Shown here: positions 1-10,313 of the stretch, piece by piece | Position numbering within the stretch: the first letter of the stretch is position 1 | Layout: each line of letters begins with the position of its first letter | From: Eledone cirrhosa | Lineage: Eukaryota | DNA length: 64,000 nt | Direction of reading: 5' to 3' | Assembly (NCBI GenBank): GCA_964016885.1 | Contig: OZ024740.1 | Location: 346,642,001-346,706,000 of the forward strand | Position numbers and translations under genes: made by a program | Notes under the pieces: model-generated | What the model saw: the letters and a program-made list of their open reading frames with translations, nothing else | Told to the model about the DNA's origin: nothing | The model's database searches: none

Positions 1-1070
1 TTTCCTTGCTGCCTTTACCCCTCTTTGTATGCCTTCGCTTTTGGAGGGTGAATGTAAGTTTTTTTTTTCTTTTTTGTTTTTTGCCAGCCAAGGTATGGGC
101 ACGTCGGGTGGGACCTGGTTTATTTTGACCCTCACAATATTCTGCCCGCAGTAGGAGGGCACCAAGACTAACTCCTCACTCTTTAGGGTTTCCAAAGAGT
201 GAGACTTTGCTTCCTGGGGGGTGGCGAAAAGTACGTCTACTGTGGCGTAATTTCTACCTCGGATGATGTGGGTTTTGCGTGCCCAGACCCACTCCATGGC
301 CTTTTGGATTTGAGCCTCCGTGGCTCTCTCCACTCGATGTGAGATTTTGCTTACGGTGCGGTAAGTCACCGTCCGTAGCTGCTGGTCCTTGAAAAATCGG
401 GTGGAGGTTTTAGGGAAACTCTATTTGCGCTTCTTGTCACCATGGCCCTTGCGACTGCCATCTCCACCTCTGTGACTAACACTGTCTCGATATATCGGGC
501 AACACCTGCAAAAGAAGTGGTCCCTTTTTCAGCAGCACCACTATTGCTGCCGCTACTGGTCTTACTGGTAGTGCTGAGGTCGCTATTACAGGTATCGGTG
601 TCATTGTTGTTCTTTTCGCTGGTACAGTTGTTGGTGTTGTTTTCGTTGATACTGTTGCTGCTGTTACTGTTATTGTGGCTGTTGTTATTATTGTTGTTTT
701 TGTTGATACTGTTCCTACTATTATTGTTGTTGTGGCTGTTGTTATTGTCATTGTTATTGTCGTTCTCGACCTTACCGCTGTTATTTTTGTTATTGTCGTT
801 CTCGACCTCACCGCTGTTATATTTGTTATTGTCGTTCTCCACTTTACCGCTGTTATTTTTGGTGTTGTTGGTGATGTTGTTGGTGTTATTGTTGGTGTTA
901 TTTGTGTTAGAAATATTTGGTAATTTTAAATCTGTAACAATCTTTTTTTTCTTTGTAATATTTTCGTTTATATTTACCTCCGCTGGAACGCTGTCTTGTT
1001 GACATGCTGATAAAGTCTCCCTCTCTCTGTGTTGTCTGACAGCGCTCTCTATCTTTTTTGTGTTATCCAT
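1..1070 (-). pseudogene. ORF1 (gag-like) of Tx1 family C, Asn-rich N-terminus, frameshifted near 370
   Basis: ORF 366..1085 with ATG at 1070, a poly-Asn region and three 36-bp repeats (753-860). B-like ORF1 sequence continues in another frame. Confidence 0.75.
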
Positions 1071-1298
1071 GTTGAAATTTTTCAAAAAATATATTTTTAC
1101 ACAAATACGAATACGAATAAGAATACGACACCCCGTAAAGGGGTGCCGTATTATTTACTAGTGAACCCCTGTATAAGGTGGGTCACTTCTTCTAAATTTT
1201 ATCAAATTTAAAACTTGAATAAAAGGTTTAGAACGGTTGAAAAAGAGGTAAAACGTTGAAAAAGACTGGAGGCGATAAGAGGCGTGGCTTCACCAACA

Positions 1299-1302
<4 letters not shown>
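1..1302 (-). mobile_element. Tx1-like non-LTR retrotransposon family C, 5' portion (runs off the window start)
   Basis: Minus-strand ORF1 region is homologous to family B ORF1 (VTYRTVSKISHRVERATEAQIQKA, LVPSYCGQNIVRV-like). The 5' UTR ends at the (AAT)n tract at 1303. Confidence 0.85.

Positions 1303-1375
<73 letters not shown>
1303..1375. repeat. (AAT)n microsatellite joining the C 5' end and the A1 3' end
   Basis: Pure AAT run read directly from the sequence. Confidence 0.98.
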
Positions 1376-1377
<2 letters not shown>

Positions 1378-1656
1378 CTTCATTTATTGGCCAGAAGGGC
1401 CGACATATAGGGGACAATACAAAAGACCCTGGACAGTGGGGTTTTACAGAAAATTCGAGTAAACAATATGAATAACAATAACAAAGTAACAATAACAAAG
1501 TAACAATAAAGTAACAAGAAAATTAAAACAAGAAAAAATTCTCCAATAAGGGGGATGGCCACCTAGGATTCGCTCAGGTACCCCACCAGTCCTGAACGAC
1601 CCGACGCTTCGAGAGCACCCTGGAAGGTCACCCCTCTGCTCCTCAAATTTACCTAC

Positions 1657-4600
1657 CTACAGCCGCATGTCCAGAGTAGACCTACGCACACGGGCCATTC
1701 TCGCCACATTCGCCACCTCTCAGCAATGTACTGGTGGGCAGCACTTCTCTCTCCAACCTCACCTTCCTTTCCAAGTGAAACTTGAAAAAGTTGATGAGGG
1801 ATTGGCCGAAGATAAAAGTGTCTGTCTTCAGTCCTTTCAACCTCGTCCACCATACAACCTCTTTCGCTACTAACACCAGACAGAGGAAAATTGCCTGCCC
1901 TTCCTGGCCAAAAGAAGGCGGCGTGTCGATCTTCACTATGGACACAGCCGATAGCCGGATCCGTTCTACACGCGACAACAGCTGTTCAACATAACTCCAC
2001 AAGTCAGTAATGCACGGACACTGGACGAGTGCGTGCAGAACGGTTTCGTCGCTCTGCGCGCATCTCGGGTAGGTCCGTCTGACAGCACTTCTGTGCCTGT
2101 AGAGTTTATCTCGAACCGGTAGCACTGCCAAGCGAGGGAGTTTTGGAAATTATCCATCGTCCCCAGCTCCAAAGTCCTCCGGTACAGACTGGTTAGTTCG
2201 ACTTTGTCCGAGTGCGTCGTCGCCCTTGCCCACCACTAATTCTCTATAGAACTCGAGAGTGAAAGTTCCACTGACCGCATTGCCCGCCTGGTAGAAGGCA
2301 GTGAGTGCCTGGCAACATTCCAGATACCAGTCACCCAGTCTCGGACTCTTCTTGACCCAGGACTGCAGTTCAGTCAAAGAAACGAGCTGCGGAAGACCCG
2401 TCTGACAAACGGTGACCGCACCTGTTCACCGTTTAGGCAGAATATCTGGAGACGCAGCAGACTCAGCGCGTGCTAGCGCATCATTAGCGACAGCATGCCT
2501 AGCTCTCCACGTAGAGGGTGCTGGCAGCAGATGGACCGCCTCACCCGCGTAACCTGACCCCTGCACAAGAATTTGAAGAGGAGCCACTCCAAAATGGCGA
2601 GGCGCGAACGGGGGCAAGGGACGACGGTCACACGGTAGTAGATGACGGACGTGATGTACGCGTTCGCCACCTCTGCCCGGCCTTTCAGTGATAGCTTCAT
2701 CCCAGCCCATTTCTGGGTGAGACTGGCTACACTGCCCGTCACCTCGTCCCAATTCTTATCGACCTGGAACTCTGGCCAGAACCAAACCCCTAGCAACTTT
2801 AACGGTCCGTCCGTCCAACGCCTAACGACGCTATTGGACGGCATGGACTTGCCTCTCCAGGTGCCGAGCTGCAAGCCCACCGACTTTTCCGGGTTAAGTT
2901 TTGCTCCCGTCAACCTTTCATATTCCTCCAATAAGTTGCCGACCACCTCGAGTGGATGCTCTGCAACATCTCCAGCTTCCGCAGTAAAGGCTTGAGAGTC
3001 AATACGTACAGAAAGAGAGGACACCTTTGACGGACCGATCGGGACACCTGAAACGGTTCCGAGAGGTGGCCTTAATTTTGACTATCGAGCAGGTGCAGCT
3101 GTGCATTGCAGCGATCCAGCATCTGAAGACGGGGCTGAAGCAAGCCGCCTTGAGGACAGCCTCCAGGTACCGATGGTCGACCCTATCGAATGCTTTCGAT
3201 TGATCTAAATTGATCAAAGCCCCACCGAAGCCAGGTTTTCACCCTACCCTCTCTATAATGTATCGCATTAGGTGGAGGTTGTCGTGTATTGACCTGGTGG
3301 GGATTGCGCAAATGTGCACCTCCCCAACCAAATCCCTAACGACAAGCGCCAACCTCATCGATAACACCCTGGCCAAAATCTTAAACTCTGTTTTGAGCAG
3401 AGTTATGGGCCTGAAATTGTCTAATGTGTCCCTCTTGTTATCGTCTTTCCTTATCACCGTTACTAATCCCCGGCTCACAAAACTGGGAATACTCCCGTTG
3501 TGCTGCCAGTTGCAGTAGAGGGCTTCGAGAAGATTGGAGGACAAGTCTGGCATAATTACGTAAAGCTCGTAGAGCAGACCATCCAAACCGGGTTACTTGC
3601 ACCTCATGCAGCCGACAAGGGCATCCTGAATCTCGGCTGAAGTAATTGGCCGTTCGCAATGTCCAGCGTCAGCCGTCGAGAGTTGCGGTAAGCCATCGAG
3701 GTAGGGAATGAAGTCCGCCACCATCTCTGACCCGCCACTTCCCCCGAACAACCGAGCCAAATGTTGGCGAAAGGCCTCACACATCCTCTTGGAATCGCAC
3801 AGCTCGTGCCCGTCTCGTCCGTCAAAGACCGAATCATCGTGGTTTTATTACGATGCTGCGCCTCTGCCACGCGGGCCCATCGAACAGCTTTGGTTCCCTC
3901 GTTTTTCAGAGCACGCGCCTTAGCTCTGACAATGCAACCTTCGTGTTTCCCATTGAAGTAATGGTCTAATGCCATTTTCGCCGCTAGCACGTCAGTTGCA
4001 ATGCCACTACGAATAGCCTCGTCTAACTTATCTACCAACTCCCCCTTCTTTCTTTTTTTTCTCTAACGCTACTTCTTTGCTAAACTCTATCGACATTACT
4101 CTAATCTCTCTTTTGAGAGCCCCCCACCATCTATTGTTGACGACTCCCCCTGTCAACTTTTTCTTAACTAAATTGTTGACCTGGTCCCTGAAAGCCTTAC
4201 GTGCCCGAAATGACATGTTTAGCTTCAAGTAACCAGGTCCTAACCTACGCGTCTTATCTAGGTCGACCATACAGATCACAAACATGTGATCTGAATAGAC
4301 GGCCGCTTGAAAGCGTGGACAGCTTACACTATTTCTGTGTATTTTCCTAATGAATATCCTGTTAATATACGATCTAGATGACCCTATGCGGTTAGCCCAG
4401 GTCCACACTGGCGCATTAGGGAAATCTAGTTGGTACCTGTCAGACAGTTGGAACTGGCTGATAAGGTTCTGGAGGCTTTTGCACCCCCCTCTCCTATCGG
4501 ATACTCCCACACAGTCACAGCGTGCGTCTAAGATGCCGTTCCAGTCCCCCGCTAACAGTAAAGGGCGAGACGTACCCAGAAAGGCTTCCAGGCGTCTAAA

Positions 4601-4966
4601 GAAGTCCGGCCGTCCTGCCCCAGTAGGAGCATAGACGGCCACCAGTCTAAAGGCACCACCTTCGTTATTGTTCACGTCAAGGACCACCAACTTCCCGTCC
4701 GGGTCGCGGAAGATCAACCTTACCTCGAGATCCAGGCCTTTCCTAAACAGCACTGCCACCCCGCCTCCCATTCGCGGCCGGCTAACAGATGCAACGATCT
4801 GATAGTCGTCGAAAATGGGGGCTAGTGCGCGCGTGTCGGAAATCCTGGTCTCGCTGACGGCAATTACATCCATTTCTATAGACCTGAGGTCGTTGATAAG
4901 GTGACCCTGCTTCCAGGACGATCCCAGGCCTCGAACATTTAAACATCCTACTCTTAATACGGCCAT
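1657..4966 (-). pseudogene. A1 ORF2: APE endonuclease, reverse transcriptase and C-terminal zinc finger, disrupted
   Basis: Motifs LNVRGL, AVSET, AVYAP, AGDWN, YSDH (APE); DGLxYE, NFRPITLL, LDQSKAFDRVDH (RT); xxRCAQSDETVLHALVQC. A short deletion near 2950 removes AYADD. Multiple frameshifts. Confidence 0.92.
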
Positions 4967-4997
4967 GTTGGCAGGTTAAAAAGCGAGAGAGGAAGGT

Positions 4998-7001
4998 TTA
5001 CTTACCTTCCGGGCTCTTGTGAAGGTCGGGTTTTTCGACTTCCATAGTTGGTGGGGTTTCTTTTGGGAACACCTTTAAAAGTCTTGAAGTGGGTTTTACG
5101 TTCGGGGTTTCCACGTCCCGAGGATAGATAGCTGTCTCGTATTTCTTTGAATATATCGAGCGACATTCGCACCAGAAGCAAATCTTCCGGCACGCGAAAT
5201 GTGCTCGGTTTAAAAATGTCCCCCTCATTAAGTATATTTTCACTTCGTGCTACGAGGGCCATCAGTTCCTTGTTGGCCCCCCTGACGAGCACGAAGTTTT
5301 GTATGTTTTGTTGGTGTGATTTTATTTGTTTGGTGATGGTTTTGGTGGTTTTGTTTCGGTTGTATCTGTGTTTGTTGTGATTGCGGTGTCTGTGGTTTCA
5401 GATGATTGTGTGTATATTTGTTCTTGCGTCTGTTTTGGTTGTTTGCGTTTGGTGGATTCTGGTCATGGTGATGGTGGTGTTGATGTTGGTGTTATTGGAG
5501 AGATGTTTGCGTGGGTGGTGTCTGCGTTTTTTATTGTGGGTGATTTTGTGCTTTGTTGATTTTTTTTTCTTTTTGTGTTTCCTTTTTTGACTTTTGGGGG
5601 ATTTGGATTTTCCCTCATCTTCACTACTGGTAGATGAGGGGTCTGTGTCTGTAAGTGTGTCTGTATGTATGTTTATGGTTTTATTGGTGTGGGTATTTTG
5701 GGGGGGAGGGGGAATTTGACAGCTTTCCTCGTTTCCCCCCTGGATGGTCAATGTTGGTGGTGGTTTTTCTATTGGTGCTGTTGTTGGTGTTTTTGCCGGT
5801 GCTGGTGTTGGTTGTGGTCCTCGCCCCGGCGTCAGCAGCAGTGGAGCCTTTAGACTCCTTGCCTCTTTCAGCAGTTGAGGGCAGAAGGCTCGCAAATGGT
5901 TTTTTTCCCCACAAACAAAACACTGCGGCCTTTTGCCTTCGGTCATAATGTGAATGACCGTCCCATTCTGAAGGCGTATGTGGTCCGGTATTGTCTTCAC
6001 ATTCTCGGGCCTGATCTGGAGAAGGATCTCCAGGTCAACCCCGAATCAGTCCTCTCTGGCCGTTCTGGTCACTTCTATAGGGACGGTATCCGTCCCCTCC
6101 ACAATCACACATCCCAGAAGCCACCACATGTCAAGTCCTGGTGGGATTCTGGGAATGCGGAGACGGGCAGTTCTGTTTGCCATGTGGGAGGGGTACATTA
6201 TGACATTGCTGGTTTTGCAAGGAGTCATAGCGTGTTTCATAGCGAGGGCTTCTGACTTGAACAACACCGAAATGGTGCCGTACTGTCTGCCCCTCTCTAT
6301 GTATTCGGTGTCTTCTCTGATGCACCTCAGCGCGACCTCGTCATCTTCTTGTGGGATTAAATCCGCCCTTTTGGTTTGTGCTAAGACGCATCTATAATGC
6401 ACCATTCTGCGCTCCACTGCCTCAATAGCTTCTACCGGCCGAGTTAAGTTGGCGCAGGTTTGCTCTTGCTTGGTGAGCTTCCATGCCTGGGCCAACTTTT
6501 CATCTTTATTTCAGAGGTCCATGTTGAAGCATGGTCTCTTTTTTGCTCCTGCCGCAGCGAAAGTGTTCTTCTTGTTTTCTTTGGGGGTGTTGTTGTCGTT
6601 GTCGTTGTTCTTGTTGGTGTTGTTGTTATCACTGTCGCTGCTATAATTGTTGTCTTTGTTGGCACCGTTGTTCTCGGTGCAGTTTGTATTGTTGCTGGTG
6701 GTGTTGTCGCTATTGTTTTCATGTTAGTGGTGTTGATATTGTTGTTGCATTTCTTTTTTTTTTATGTTATCTGCATTTTCGTTTAGGCTGTTAACGTAAT
6801 TTTTTTCAAAATTACGTTTCTCATTGATATCATTGGTGTCTTTGTTTAGATTGTTTGTGATGGTGTTTGTGTTATCAATTTGTGTTAATTTCGCTGTAGC
6901 GCTCCTCTCAACTTCTACGTCGTTGTCGCACGACAGCAGACGTATCGCTGCGGGCGTGGCTCAGCTATATGTTTTTGTTGTCTCCGTAAATGTTTGAACA
7001 T
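4998..7001 (-). pseudogene. A1 ORF1 (nucleic-acid-binding protein), disrupted
   Basis: Asn/Thr-rich N-terminus, central domain, knuckle CFVCGEKNHLRAFC (about 5881-5922), Pro/Thr linker and Lys-rich patch, spread over several ORF fragments. Confidence 0.85.
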
Positions 7002-7178
7002 GTAAAAAAAAGTTCAAATATTTGGGCCAAAAGTTCAAATATTATACTTTCCCCTTCACAGGGCAAATTCTAAGGGCGTATATCCCTTACACAACAAGAA
7101 ATATTTAACAACAAATAATTTTAATAGGCAAATAAAGCGACTTACTGGGAGCGAGCCAAAAAGACGTCCGAACAGACC

Positions 7179-7211
<33 letters not shown>
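7179..7211. repeat. (AAT)n junction tract
   Basis: Direct read. Confidence 0.97.
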
Positions 7212-7212
<1 letters not shown>

Positions 7213-7314
7213 TTTTCTTTATTAACCACAAGGGTTCACATAAAGTAGACATTAAGGACAGTACAGGACAATACAGGACGGTACAAATGGGCATTTCTGC
7301 GTGTAAAAAAACAG
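7212..7314 (-). mobile_element. Tx1 family B 3'-terminal stub (about 100 bp)
   Basis: Nearly identical to the B 3' ends at 10314, 13949 and 46746. Flanked by (AAT)n on both sides. Confidence 0.92.
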
Positions 7315-7332
7315 TAATAATAATAATAATAA

Positions 7333-10149
7333 TAATTCTCAAAAACATTATCATCACAAACAAAATAAACATTACTGACTTAAATCATCTCTATTATGCA
7401 TCGGCTAAAGTCACCACTCACTTATGTGGAGTGAAGATGAAAAAACAAAGGAATTCCCACAAGAAATCTACTTGGCAAGATAACATCAATCGCCAAATAA
7501 ACCTTCTCCGATCTGACATAGAAATTTTAACAAACTATAAAGTAGGTGAACATGTTAAACAAACTAAACTTAGAAAATTGAAAAAAAAGTACAGTATAAG
7601 ATCAACATGTGAAATAGACATGCTGATAGAAACAATCAAGCAAAAAGTGTCGGCCAAAGCTGCTCGTATAAGGCGCTTTGAAAAACGATCTAGATTCTAT
7701 AAGGACAATAATATGTTCAAAAACAACCAAAGAAACTTCTACCGAAAAATTGGTAAGTCAACAATAACTGCTAAATCAATACCACCCAAGGAGGAAGTGC
7801 AAGAATTCTGGGAAAAGATCTGGGCCGAAGAAAAAGTTCATAACATACATGCCCCATGGATAGACAGACAAATGAAAGAAACAGCTCACCTTGAAGAACA
7901 AACATGGGAAAATATAACAGTTGAACAGCTGCGCTTGGCTCTAAGAAAAACCAGCAAATGGAAATCCCCAGGAAAAGACAAAATACAAAACTTTTGGATA
8001 AATACCTTCACAGAGTCTCATGAGCTGTTAGCCCAACTTTACAATGAAATAGTTAAGGAGCCAGAAAAGATACCATCATGGCTAGTTAACGGCATTACAT
8101 TCCTGCTACCGAAGAATGATGAGACAAACAATCCCAAAAATTACAGACCGATAACCTGCTTGACCACAATGTATAAAATTTTAACATCAGTCCTAACTGA
8201 ATACACATATGACCACCTGATAACAAATGTCCTATTTCCCATTGAGCAGAAAGGGTGTAAACGAGGCTCATATGGCTGTAAGGATCAGCTTCTGGTTAAC
8301 AAAATGATACTGGAAGATTGTCATAATAGACACAAAAATCTATCGATTGCTTGGATAGATTATAAAAAAGCATTTGATAGTTTGCCACACAGTTGGATTG
8401 AAAAATGTTTAGAGATTTTCAAAATATCCCCCGTTGTCTGGAGGTTTTTGTCATTCAGTATGAGGATATGGAGAACGACACTCCTTTTGAATAGTGAAAC
8501 AAAATCACTGGAAGCTGGAGAAGTTAACATTAATTGTGGAATTTTTCAGGGTGACTCTTTATCACCGCTTTTATTCTGCATCGCACTTATACCATTAAGT
8601 AAAATGCTCAATGAAACAAAACATGGATATAGAGTCTATGACAAAACCATTAATCACCTGTTCTACATGGATGACCTGAAACTATTTGCAAAAAATGATG
8701 AACAATTGCAAGGGCTATTATCCACTGTGAAGCAGTTCAGTGATGACATTAAAATGGAGTTTGGACTGGATAAATGCGCCAAAGCAACGTTCACCAGAGG
8801 AAAGCTGCTGAAGAGTTCAGACATTAATCTTGATCGGGGGAACGTGATAAGAGAGCTTGATCAAGAACAAACTTACAAATATCTAGGTGTTTGTGAAGGA
8901 GACGGAATCAAGCACTCGACAATGAGGGAAAGGATAAGGAAGGAATGTTACCGCAGAGTCAGACCAATCTTAAGAACAGAATTGAATGCAAGGAATAGGA
9001 TCGATGCCATAAACACGCTTGCCATACCAGTAGTAACCTACAGTTACAATGTCATCAACTGGTCAAGCACAGAGATCCGTAGGCTCGATACAAAAATCCG
9101 AAAATTCTTAACCATGCACAGAATGCATCACCCTAAGGCAGACATAGATAGAATATATCTCCCTAGGAAAGAAGGAGGACGTGGGTTAATCCAGTTAGAC
9201 ATTGCGTTGAAAACTGCAACAATTGGATTATCCACATATCTAAGGGAATCACATGATTGGATGATCAAACTCGTTTTGAAACACGGAAGCACCAAAAGAT
9301 CATATTCCATTACAAAAGATGCACAAAGATACAGTAATGGACTACAAATTTCAGAAGTCCCATTTACTGCTGAAATGGAAAACACAGAAAAAGCAAAGCA
9401 GGTAAAAGTAACTGCAAAGAAAGAACTGCTACAGAAACTGGCTAAGAAATGGCAAGAAAAGCCTCTGTATGGAAAATACCCAGAGCGAGCTAACAATCCT
9501 GATGTTGACAAAACTTTAACCCATCAGTGGTTGGCATCCTCTGGACTGAAATCGGAGACTGAAGCACTGATTATATCCGCACAAGATCAGTGTCTGCCAA
9601 CAAAAAATTACCAAGCCAACATAATAAAAAATGGGTGCAGCCCATTATGCCGTGTATGCAAAAAACAACCAGAGACCATTGACCATATAATTTCAATGTG
9701 CAGTCCTATAGCATTTTGACCTGCCCCATCAAAAGAATTGGTGGGAGCATCAACCACCTCCCATACTTGAAAAAGATCACATCTCAATCTTGTGGAACTT
9801 TAGCATCCAAACAGACCGTAAAATAGATGCAAATAGACCTGATATAATATTGAAGGACTTTCAAAGGAGGGTATGCCTGCTAATTGATATGTCTGTTCCA
9901 ATAGACAAGAATGTATCTATAAAAACATTTGAAAAATTGAGCAAGTATAAGGACCTGGAGATAGAAATTGGAAAAATGTGGAAATTGAGAACTAAAACAA
10001 TACCAGTGGTTGTAGGCGCTCTGGGAATGATACCTAAGGGGTCTAACGACTACTTATCGCAAATCCCAGGAAACCCGCGTATAGGAGAAATACAAAAGAT
10101 AGTACTAATGGGAACTGCCCATATACTAAGGAAGATCCTGTCAATATAA
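7333..10149 (+). pseudogene. Dong-like RT-RLE polyprotein, about 800 codons open, then a deletion/frameshift near 9707
   Basis: ORFs 7287..9719 and 9790..10149. The RH[D/N]-containing segment present in copy 2 (about 17610-17680) is missing here. Confidence 0.88.
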
Positions 10150-10287
10150 GTACATCACAAGTCTAAACACTAAGGATGCATGTGTGAATATGTGTGTTCT
10201 TTCTTGAACATGGCGGACCTTGTTGTCTCTTGAGGTCACTGGTTGTGACTTGGTGATAACTCGTATAAACATAAAGCAAGATAAATG
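7333..10287 (+). mobile_element. Dong/R4-clade non-LTR retrotransposon (RT + RLE), 5'-truncated copy 1
   Basis: RT motifs WKSPGKD, NYRPITCL, EQKGC, WIDYKKAFDS, GIFQGDSLSP, HLFYMDDLK; CRVC...ETIDHI; RLE RPDII...LIDMSVP...EKLSKYKDL; (TAA)n tail from 10288. Confidence 0.93.
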
Positions 10288-10313
10288 ATAATAATAATAA
10301 TAATAATAATAAT
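10288..10313. repeat. (AAT)n shared by the Dong tail and the B1 tail (tail to tail)
   Basis: Direct read. Confidence 0.96.

Larger units (their letters stand above)
1376..7178 (-). mobile_element. Tx1-like retrotransposon family A, copy A1 (full span, decayed)
   Basis: 5' UTR, ORF1 with a CCHC knuckle, ORF2 APE-RT-CCHC, AATAAA at 1383-1388 (minus), then an (ATT)n tail. Colinear with the copies at 42035 and 52793. Confidence 0.95.

Noticed and set aside
753-860. CRISPR-like 36-bp repeats
   Set aside because: They are contiguous coding tandem repeats with no spacers, in eukaryotic DNA with no cas genes.
442-1002. Poly-Leu/Val ORFs resembling membrane proteins (also 13251, 18753, 51908, 58508)
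   Set aside because: They are antisense or off-frame readings of AAC/AGC/TAC triplet repeats.
7287-7336. ATG start of the 810-aa RT ORF
   Set aside because: The start lies in the antisense B stub and the repeat. The Dong copy is 5'-truncated, so the fusion appears fortuitous.
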